DNA of 64,000 bases from Eledone cirrhosa (lineage: Eukaryota). Below are positions 54,069-64,000 of this stretch, in pieces. Below the pieces are notes generated by a model, which did no database searches, was not told the DNA's origin, and saw only the letters and a program-made list of their open reading frames with translations. Where the stretch lies: positions 320,416,001-320,480,000 of the forward strand of contig OZ024742.1 of the NCBI GenBank assembly GCA_964016885.1, written 5' to 3'. Positions within the stretch are counted from its first letter, which is position 1. Every line of letters starts with the position of its first letter. Made by a program: the position numbers and the translations under genes.

Positions 54069-54099
<31 letters not shown>

Positions 54100-54535
54100 C
54101 TTAAGAATAAATTATTAATTTACAATTCATTTTGTTTTGTTTTATCTCATTTCTGTATCAAAATTGCAACTCAACAATATATAGTTGATTTTTTCCAATT
54201 GTTTTATATTCACTTTTACCTGTTCACTGTTTATATATATTGAGAGAGGAGAAGAGGTGAAGACCTGGCTGTCTGGTTAAGAAGTTCACTTTTGAATCAT
54301 ATCTTTCAGTAGATGATAGTCTTCTCAAGCCTGATTTGATCATCAGATAGATTTTTACATCTAGAAAAAAGTGTTGCAAAAAACCTTTGGCTACTATAAT
54401 TAGCATAATTACAAAAGTTAGATAAGGGCCAAATATACTGATCCAAAATTTTTGTAACTCTTTTCTCCATAAACCGGCCATATCCGCCAGAATTCTCTCT
54501 CCTCTTTCTGTTCAAACCTGTCATAACTGGCTGCT

Positions 54536-56150
54536 CATCATCATCATCATTATCATCATCATCGTTTAACGTCCATATTCCACGCTTGCATGGGTTTGGA
54601 CGGGAATTTTCCCACTTGAAGCAACATTGGTTGTCTTGCTCGTATAGGACTGTCTGGCGGGTTTTCTATGGCTGGATGCCCTGCCCAACACCAACCACGT
54701 TTACAGTGTGGACTGGGAGGTTTTTACCGTGTTACCTACACGGCCACATTACAGCGTGGACTGTGTGTTTTTTTGTCGTGACACCTACACAACCTCATTT
54801 ATTTCGGACTGGATGTTGTGGTACCAACATAACTTTACATCGAAAGGGGTGGGGGGGGGTGGGGGGGGGGGGGTTATTTTTGTTAAGAGGTGGGACGGGG
54901 GTGTATTTTTGTTAAGAGGTGCCTACTGACTGTAGGTTTCGCTTTGTACTTAGGCAAGGCGGGTCTTCTGTATAACTGTGTAGCGCCAAAGATCCCGGTC
55001 CAGTGACATTGTCTTGGAGACGTGTAAGTGTGTGAGGTTGGAATTTATCAGCTCGTCCCAGGTTTTTCTGGGTCTGCCTACTCCGTGGCTACCGTCTATT
55101 TTTATCGCCCTGCACTTTTTTATACAGCTATCGTCTTTCATGCGCATCACGTGACCATACCAACGTAGTCTTCTCTCGAGTAAACAACATCTGATCCCTC
55201 TTATTCCTAATTTCTCCCTTAGTTCATTTATGCTTTGCCGTTCACGTATATTACTATTACACATCCAACGGAGCATGCAAGCTTCGTTCCTCTCCAGTCT
55301 GCGTATATCCTCTGCACACAATGCCCAGGTCTCACTGCCATGTAACATTGCTGTTCGTATGCAGGCATCATACAGCCTGCCTTTCATTTTTAGAGAGAAC
55401 TCTTTAGCGGCCAATAGTGGTATAAGCTCTCTGAACTTTTTCCATCCCGTTCTGACTCTAGCTACTGTACTTTCAGAGCACCCTCCACCACTGCTGATTT
55501 TGTCACCCAGGTAACGGAAGGTGTCCACTATTTCTATAGAACCATCTGTGCAATTGAATGAGCTAGTATTTTGTGGGCACTTGCTGCTACTTATTGCACC
55601 TGAGCACCGGCCACATATAAAATCTATATTCTTAGTTAGCTTACCTGTGATCCCACTACATGTTTTATGCACCAATACTTTGCATTTGGGACATAAAATG
55701 GAGTTTCTGCCTACTCCTTTCCTACACACTGAGCATGGCCATTTCCCAGATGGGACCAGTGCCCTATTTTCCTTCCTACAAACTAGAACTTTAGTCTTAG
55801 ACAGGTTAATTTTAAAGCCTTTTGATTCTAGGCTATGCTTCTATGTTTGGAATTTCTTCTCTAGTTCAGCCATTGATTCAGCTATGAGCGTTAGATCATC
55901 TGCGTATAGGAGTTCCCATGGGCAGCCGGTCTTGAACTCCTCTGTTATAGCCTGAAGGGCAATAATAAATAGTAGGGGGCTAAGGACAGAGCAATGATGA
56001 ACACCAACTTTTACGCTAAACTCTTCACTATATTTGTTGTTAATTCTAACCTTGCTGACTGTTTCTTTATACATGACTTGTATAGCTCTCACAAGCCATT
56101 CATCAACACCTAGTTTTCTAAGAGCCCACCAGATAATGGAGCAGGGGACT
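54536..56150 (-). mobile_element. RTE family B, 5'-truncated
   Basis: LYADD, PHD finger, IQKTRLA*, family-B UTR, (CAT)n tail; one internal stop. Confidence 0.95.
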
Positions 56151-56211
56151 CATACCAACGTTAAGGTATTGTTCTCAAAATAATAATATCAAAATCTTGT
56201 AGATTCGATAT

Positions 56212-56437
56212 TATAATAATAATAATAATAATGAAATTATTGTGTAAAGTGCTCAGGTGCACTACAACTCGTCAAAGGTGTATGTCAGGGAAGTGAATAG
56301 TGTATGAGTCATGGTATACATGTGTGTATGTGTATGGAGGGGGAACATTAGCTGTAGTGTTGGCGGATCTCGGGGAACATGGAGGCCTTAAAGGATGCAG
56401 TGTCTCGACAGCTAACAACCGATGCAGGTAGTTTGTG
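56212..56437 (-). mobile_element. CR1/L2-like LINE 3' end
   Basis: Minus strand KLPASVVSCRDTASFKASM followed by a (TTA)n tail. Confidence 0.6.
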
Positions 56438-56481
56438 AGATAAAGCCTTTTCTGTAAAAATACAATAGTATATATAGAGTA

Positions 56482-58450
56482 ATCATCATCATCATCAACG
56501 TTTAACGTCCGTGTTCCACGCTTGCATGGGTTTGGACGGGGGTAGTCCCACTTGAGGCAAGAGTGATTGTCTTGCTCGCATAGGACTGTCTGGCAGGTTT
56601 TCTATGGCTGGATGCCCTTCCTAACACCAACCACATTTACAGTGTGGGTCTGGGAGGTTTTTACCGTGTTGCCTACATGGCCACATTACAGCGTGGACTG
56701 TGTGTTTTTTTGTCGTGACACCTACACGATCTCATTTGTTTCGGCCTGGATGGCGCGGCACCAACATAACTTTACATAGAACGGGGTGGTGTGGATGGGG
56801 TGGGGGTGGTGGGACGGGGTGTATTTTGTTAGAGATGCCTACTGGCTGTAGTAGGTTTTACTATGTATTTAGGTAAGGCGGGTCTTCTCTGTTACTGAGT
56901 ACCGCCAAAGGTCTCGGTCCAGTGACATTGTCTTGGAGAGGTGTAAGTGTGTGAGGTCGGAGTTTATCAGCTCGTCCTAGGTTTTTCTAGGTCTGCCTAT
57001 TCCGTGGCTACCGTCTATCTTTATTGCCCTGCACTTTGTTATACAGCTATCGACTTTCATGCGCATCACGTGTCCATACCAACGTAGCCTTCTCTCGAGT
57101 AAACAACATCTGATCCCTCTTATTTCTAATTTTTTCCTTAGTTCGTTTATGCTTTGCCGTTCACGTATATTACTGTTACACATCCAGCGGAGCATGCAAG
57201 CTTCGTTCCTCTCTAGTCTGCGTATATCCTCTGCACACAATGCCCAGGTCTCACTGCCATGCAACATTGCTGTTCGTATGCAGGTATCGTACAACCTGCC
57301 TTTCATTTTTAGGGAGAACCCTTTAGCAGCTAATAGTGGTATAAGCTCTCTGAACTTTTTCCAACCAGTTCTGACTCTAGCTACTGTACTTTCAGAGCAC
57401 CCTCCCCCACTGCTGATTTTATCGCCCAGGTAACGGAAGCTGTCCACTATTTCTATAGAACCCTCTGCGCAATTGAAAGAGCTAGTATTTTGTGGGCACT
57501 TGCTGCTACTTATTGCACCAGAGCACCGGCCACATGTAAAATCTATGTTCTTAGTTAGCTTACCTGTGATCCCACTACATCTTTTATGCACCCATACTTC
57601 GCATTTAGGACATAAAATGGAGTTTCTACCTACGCCTTTCCTATACACCGAGCACGACCATTTCCCAGAAGGGGCCGCCGCCTTATTTTCTTTCCTACAA
57701 ACTAGAACTTTAGTCTTAGCCAGGTTAATTTTAAGTCCTTTTGATTCTAGGCCGTGCTTCCATGTTTGGAATTTCTTCTCTAGCTCGGCCATTGATTCCA
57801 CTATGAGTGTCAGGTCGTCTGCGTATAGGAGTTCCCATGGGCAGCCGGTCTTGAACTCCTCTGTTATAGCCTGAAGAGCAATAATAAATAGTAGGGGGCT
57901 GAGAACAGAGCCCTGATGGACGCCAACTTTTACTCTAAACTCTTCACTATATTCGTTGTTAATTCTAACCTTGCTGACTGTTTCTTTATTCATGGCTTGT
58001 ATAGCTCTCACAAGCCATTCGTCAACGCCTAGTTTTCTAAGAGCCCACCAGATAATGGAGCGGGGGACTCTGTCGAAGGCTTTCTCCAAGTCGACAAAAG
58101 CTAAGTAGAGGGGTTTACCTTTAGCTAGGTACTTCTCCTGTAGTTGACGTACAATGAAAAGAGCGTCTGTGGTACTTTTGCCTGACACAAACCCGAACTG
58201 CATTTCATCTAGGTCAATTCTCTCTCTGATTAGTTGCGCTATTACTTTTTCCGTGACCTTCATGACCTGGTCGATTAATTTAATGCCTCTATAGTTACTC
58301 CTATCTAGGGCGTCTCCTTTACCCTTATAACAGTTAACGATGATGATGCTATGCCAGTCCTTCGGAACAACCCCATTCTGTACGACTTGGTTAACTATGC
58401 GGGTGACCATGGTGTGTCCCACCGTGCCAGATGCCTTCAGCATCTCAGCA
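56482..58450 (-). mobile_element. RTE family B, 5'-truncated
   Basis: 488-aa ORF MLKASG..QFGF..LYADD..GRPRKT* (premature TAG), family-B UTR, (CAT)n tail. Confidence 0.96.
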
Positions 58451-60629
58451 ACTAAAACTAATGTAAATGTTAAAGCATTAAAGAGTCATAGTCAATATAT
58501 TTCTTTAATTACACAATATTTTAGTTACGTACTAGGCATATTTCTTTTCTTCTTTTGTGTGATTCCTGATACTGATGAAATACACAATATTTTAACCCTT
58601 TCGTGTATAACTTATCAAAAGGTTCTCATATAAAATTTTGTTGGAAGATTTTAATTTAATTAGAAAATGGTCAATTTTGTTTCATAGAAACAAGCAGTTT
58701 TAGAAGGAGTGGTATCAAAAGGGTTAAATACCTGAACTTTTTTCTGTTTTAAGATCTTGAAACAAGTCTCAAGGAGAAGCTCTTTGTTGACACAATGTTT
58801 CATTGGTATCAGTTCTACCCATAATATTTTCATCTTTCTCATCCATCACTCTGGTCTTTTTCCTGTTATTGCTCTCTCTTCTATTCACTTTCATGGCCAT
58901 GTTGCCTTGAATATATAGAGAGATTGTAGAGTAGTGACAACTCTTTAGCCTTGCAGGACATAGGGTTGGTGCCACAATAGAATGCACCCACTACACTCTG
59001 TAAAGCAGTTGATATGTGAGTGGAGGTAATGTAAAGTTGAACGAACCCTTATGACTGAAGATATGATAATCTCTAGTACTGATGCCATGATAAAATGCAC
59101 CCAGTACACTCTGAAATGTAGTTGATATTAAGAAGAATATTTAGTTGTATAAACCATGCCAAAAATAGATGTAGTCCTCCAACCTGTCTAGAAGAACTGA
59201 TCTGGACTGTAATGACATATCCATACCTGCATGGAAAACAAATGTAAAATGATGATAAAAAAATAAAGAAAAATCTGAAAAGAGAAAGTTATTAAACATT
59301 TTATTTGTAGACTAAATTCCACTGCTTTTAGCATCTTTGTCAACTGAACAAATCTCAAAATACCTGTATTCTCACTGGACACAGAATTATAATACATCGA
59401 ACCCTATAGACCAGTAATGGAGTTTCTAGCTGGTCACTCAGTATGCTAAAAATAACAGTCAAATCACACATACTTGGACAATGTAATCATAGATAGACAA
59501 ACAAGTTGGGTGGTCATGGTTAGAATGCCTTTTGTCAGTCATTGATCTGCTTGATGGGACTGATCTGAGGATAACAACAGCAACACATTGGTCAGTAAAT
59601 AAATTAAGGTTTTTTATGATACATGGTTATATGATGATTTGTTAGAAGAAGCAGCTAAATCACATCCTACCTTCTTAAAACATGGATACATTGGATAATA
59701 TAGACCTAGAAACATATCAAAATAAATAAATAAATAAAACTCATAGTAAGAATGGAATTGATCTTAGGTCTGCTTAATGCTGATATAAGGCTAAATAATA
59801 TGGAACCCAATTGAAAAATGAATGACTAAACAGCAACAATTTTGAAACCTATTGTAAAATGTAAGATAAAATCCCTTTTTGGTCAAGTATTTCAGTGGTA
59901 ATTGTCTCACCTACAATCCATCATCTGTGGTTCCATAATTCACACAGTGGAAAAAGTCAACTGTTTCAGAAGAAAATAAAAATCTTATTACTGGGCTGCA
60001 AAACTACAAATGAGAAAATGAAAGTGCTGATGTGGGATCAAGAGACAGATTTAGAAAAAGAGTGTTGAGAGAAAGCCAGAAAAAAATAGTGTAAGTAGTG
60101 TAGGAGATATTTATGCATGGACTTGTAGCTCCTAATGGAGTCATAGGGAAACCATAATGACATATAGTGTTTTCTAGGTATTTTAAGCCTGGCAGAGCCC
60201 ATCACCCATCTATGTCTGAATATAACCGATTTCTTCCAAAGGAGTTAGAATGATAGAGAGGAAGTGTGAAAGAGATATAATGGAAGAATCAACCACAGTA
60301 CTGGATTGGTTCTCTATTTATTAACCTCAAAGGGATGAAAGGCAAAGTTGAACTCAGAGCACAATGAGTTGGAACAAATACTGAGGCATTTTTAATCCAT
60401 CCCCCTAACAACTCAGCTATTTCCTTGTAAAGATGATGGAAACATGGATATACATGTGTTGAATGTTGGTTATTTCAAGAGTGTATTTTGTGGTGTTTCA
60501 ATCAAAGTATGTAGAGAATAGTAATAATCCAATAAATGAATGGCTCATATTCTCCTAGTCAGATATATGTGTATGTAAATATATATGTGTGTGTTTGTGT
60601 ATATGGATGATTGTGTATATGTATGTGAC

Positions 60630-60867
60630 ACAGTAAAAAGCACCCAACCCACACTGTTAAGTGGTCGTGTAGGTATCTCGACAAAAAGCACCCAGTACTC
60701 ACTGTAAATGAGGTTCCCATTAGGAAGGGCATCCAGCTGAAGAAACCAAGCCAAAATCAGTTCTATATGAGCAAGACATGGTCACATGACCTAACATTGC
60801 CATCAGCAGGGCAACTCATCTAACCCATGCCAGCATGGAAAAATGGATGTAAAACGATTATGATGAT
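60630..60867 (+). mobile_element. Diverged RTE-A 3' UTR fragment
   Basis: aaaagcaccca..ggaagggcatccagctg..taacccatgccagcatggaaaaatggatgtaaaacgat. Confidence 0.8.
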
Positions 60868-61039
60868 TATATATATATATATATATGATTATATATATAT
60901 ATATAATCGAGAGAGAGAGATACAAGCTCTTCTGAGTAGGTAATGACTAATTGAGAAGTGGATAGATAAGGTAATTAAGGTAGTTAAAGTAAATGACAGA
61001 ATTATCAAACTTAGAATACTCAGAGGCAATAGAAAGAAT

Positions 61040-61400
61040 GACAGCTATTATCTCTAGCTATGCACTAAAGGTGGGACTAAGGAACAAAGGGGCTGCTTTT
61101 ATGAATAACATCTACAGACAAGCTCAGAGACCTTATCACCCTTGCGAGCAACTTTAATGGACATGTTGGACAGCACAAAGATAGCTACACTATGGCTATG
61201 GCTCAAGAATTGAAGAGAGTATGAGACTCCTGGAATTCTGTGATGCAAAAGATTTAGCCATTTGCAATCAGGTGAAGACATGAGCCAGATGACTTCGCAC
61301 TTGTTAGAAAAATGAGACAGATGTTTAAAAATATTAAAACTTTCCCTGGAGAGGAATGCACAACATAAGTTAGTTATTAGCGACATCAAAATAATTACAA
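61040..61400 (+). pseudogene. Degenerate RTE endonuclease fragment
   Basis: AIISSYA..CFYE..FNGHVG..LLEFCDA..FPGEEC remnants. Confidence 0.65.
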
Positions 61401-61412
61401 CAAAGTAGAAGC

Positions 61413-61720
61413 AGGCAGAACTGAGTGGTTAAGAAGTTTGCTTATCAATCATAATGTTCTGAGTTTTATTCCACTGAGTGACATCTTATGCAAGTATGTT
61501 AACATTAGCCTCAGATCAGCCTTGTGAATAAAATTGCATAGACTGTAACTGTGTGGAAGCCCATTGGGTGGACTGTATCTAATTCAAAGGTCTAGCCTTG
61601 TCACATATTGTGTCACATGAATCTGGTTTGGGAATTAAGTTAATGGCACACTTGTTTCTGGAATATTCAGCTACTAATATATTAATTCAAGTTGATTGAA
61701 CAACTGAATATTCATTGTTG
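61413..61720 (+). mobile_element. tRNA/CORE-type SINE (related copy at 62533-62725)
   Basis: ctgagtggttaagaagtttgct head and a shared body (tgtgtggaagcc..tcaaaggtctagccttgt). Confidence 0.6.
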
Positions 61721-62725
61721 AAACCAATCCATGATTACAACAAAAAAACTACTTCTAATCCATCTTTGTGGACCTACATTTATAAGATATAATACTGGTT
61801 ATCAAAAACAAAAAACAAACAACAGACATGTATGGGTGTTTATTTGAAGGACATTTGTACTTGAATGCCTGTCTGTAGCAGCCATTGCTGTGATTTTTGA
61901 AATCTTTGTGTAGGAATCTTATCTTTAGACTTGTAATAAATTTTTTGATTAACTTTACCTATATTATAAAGGGTGTCAAATTTTACTGAAATCCATGATG
62001 TAAATACAATGTGATTAGATAACATAGAGGTGTATATATAACACAAAAGTAAATAAATGTATATATGTATGTGTGTGTGTGTGTGTGTGTGTATGTATTT
62101 GATTATATGTGATGTGAGCAAGAGGGAAAATGTTTTTAACAGTTAAATAAGTTAATGTCAGAAAGTGGGTCACTTATACAATATAATTCACAGCTTTTAT
62201 ATCATTATTTCTTGTAAAACCTTTTGTCCTGTAGATGAAATATTCGTGCTGTCAAACAGTTTTATTTTTTTTTTGCATACAAAAAAAAAAAATTAAACTG
62301 TTTGACATTTCATTAAAATTATTAACTAGATAATTGAAGAAAATATATGTTAAAAAACTCCCCAAAATAACAATAACATAAGCTGTTTGAGAATTAGAAA
62401 GTTTGCTGGTGGAAATATGAGAGACAGAGACAGTTGTAGTGATCAAGCAAGTTAATTATATAGTGGGTCTTTTGACCCTACCTGCATTAAATATATTGCT
62501 TCACTAGCTTAACAATAAATGATATATTTAGCAGGTATGGCTGAGTGGTTAACAAGTTTGATTCACAATCATAAGTTCAGTCCCATTGTATGGCATTTGC
62601 GGAAAGTGTCTTTATGATAGTCTAAAGTCAACCCAAGTTTTGTGAGGGGAAATTGGATTGATGTAAACTGTATGGAAGCCTGCTCGATAGATTGTACCTA
62701 CAATCAAAGGTCTAGCCTTGTTACA

Positions 62726-63075
62726 TACAGGCTGTCTGAAAAAAAAACAGGCTCATTTTTATTTTTGTATTTTTGTTTATATTATTCATCTTTTGACAAA
62801 AACTGGCAAAACTCTGAATATATTTAGTTCAAACTGTTAAAAACAACATATAAAAAATTTACTATCTTTTGATGTTTCTGTCTTAAGTTACAGCACATGT
62901 TCAAAGTGATTCCCACTTGAACCCATGCATTTTTTTAGGTGCATGGTGAAGTTTTGCATAACATCTATACAAACAGACCTAAGGATGGCTCTAATCTCCA
63001 CCCTGATGTTTTCCTTTAGTTTAGTAAGGATCCTGGGTTTGTTGACATATACCCTATCTTCACATAGTCCCACAT
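62726..63075 (-). mobile_element. Tc1/mariner-superfamily transposase C-terminal remnant with TIR
   Basis: DRVYVNKPR.L.KLKENIR.EIRAI..VMQNF..LKKC..SSGNHFEHVL*; TIR-like tacaggctgtctgaaaa at 62726. Confidence 0.7.
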
Positions 63076-63914
63076 GATTTGGCTCACTGCCCTCTGAATT
63101 CAAAATCCATCAACATTAATTTTATCTTTTATCTTTTCATGGTTGATGAAAAGAGTACTGATCCGGGGGTGGTGGATTGGTGGGATTGTTAAAGAGTTGA
63201 TGACATTCTTTATGGTATCTGATTTGGCTCTGTGTATTTTGAGTTCAAACCCTGCCTCCTTCTGCTAGGAGTTACAATCAGCTGTGGAAAAAAACAAAAC
63301 AGTGGAAACATTGGTTCCTTGGTTTAATCTGACCATCTGGTTATTTTCCTTTTAAAGGAGAAAATATTAAAATAAGTTTTATATTAACCATTTTAAATCT
63401 ACATTAAGATTTAAACTGAATCGAACTAGTAAACAAATGAACTGCAGCCACAGATGGTATCTGTTAAACTGTGTCATTGAAATTTGAGTCACCTTTGTTA
63501 GAAACATTACTCTGCTGTTGATAGGACACAGACTGTTGTCACTTCACAGTCACTAAAATTCTAATTACACTATACACTTGACCAGATGTGACTACTTTTA
63601 TATTAATTATATTATATATTAATTATTATTCAGAATTTTTCTTTTTTTTCACTATCTTCAATCTGTCATGATAAGGTTTTAAAAACATATGATTTGAGTA
63701 TATATCTGCTTGCTGTAGGAATGTTGCCGATTGGTTAAGGTGCTGCTCTTCCAATCATGTCATTGGTGGTTCATTGTGACTTTGAAAAAAATAGTTCTTT
63801 TAATAATAAGTTGGTGGGTGGGGGGTTTGGAATAAAAGTGGGGGTGCTGAAAAATTAATAAGCGGGAGTGAAGGGCCTTATTCAAAACCTGAGAGTAGTT
63901 ACCTTTCTCTTACC

Positions 63915-64000
63915 TGACTCCTTTGTTCTTGTAGCAGTTGACAATGATACATCTATGCCAGTCATTAGATATGGCATCTCCTTACTCTACCTCATTAACT
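63915..64000 (-). pseudogene. RTE RT fragment running off the window edge
   Basis: AISNDWHRCIIVNCYKNKG. Confidence 0.6.

Overview
Eukaryotic, AT-rich, repeat-dense DNA with no prokaryotic-style operons. The SINE/RTE/microsatellite make-up suggests a mollusc, probably an octopus-like cephalopod (inference). One host gene is recognisable: a class II xylose isomerase on +. Its last two exons are at 47133-47207 and 47699-47794, a possible 8-nt start micro-exon is at 19285-19292, and the middle exons are not visible, probably lost at the N gap (44200-44399). The window holds more than a dozen copies of three RTE LINE families with (GAT)n tails and a PHD finger inside ORF2, a Gypsy LTR element with a 5-bp TSD (48307-53702), decayed mariner, hAT, Tc1 and CR1 remnants, tRNA-SINEs and minisatellites. 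The standout signal lies in and around the ~21-42 kb (TA)n field: several families of non-coding, mostly palindromic elements carrying minimal type I hammerhead ribozyme motifs (CTGAnGA...GAAA, with covarying stems). These look like Penelope-like or retrozyme-type non-autonomous elements associated with (TA)n. All calls were made by eye; no searches or folding programs were run.
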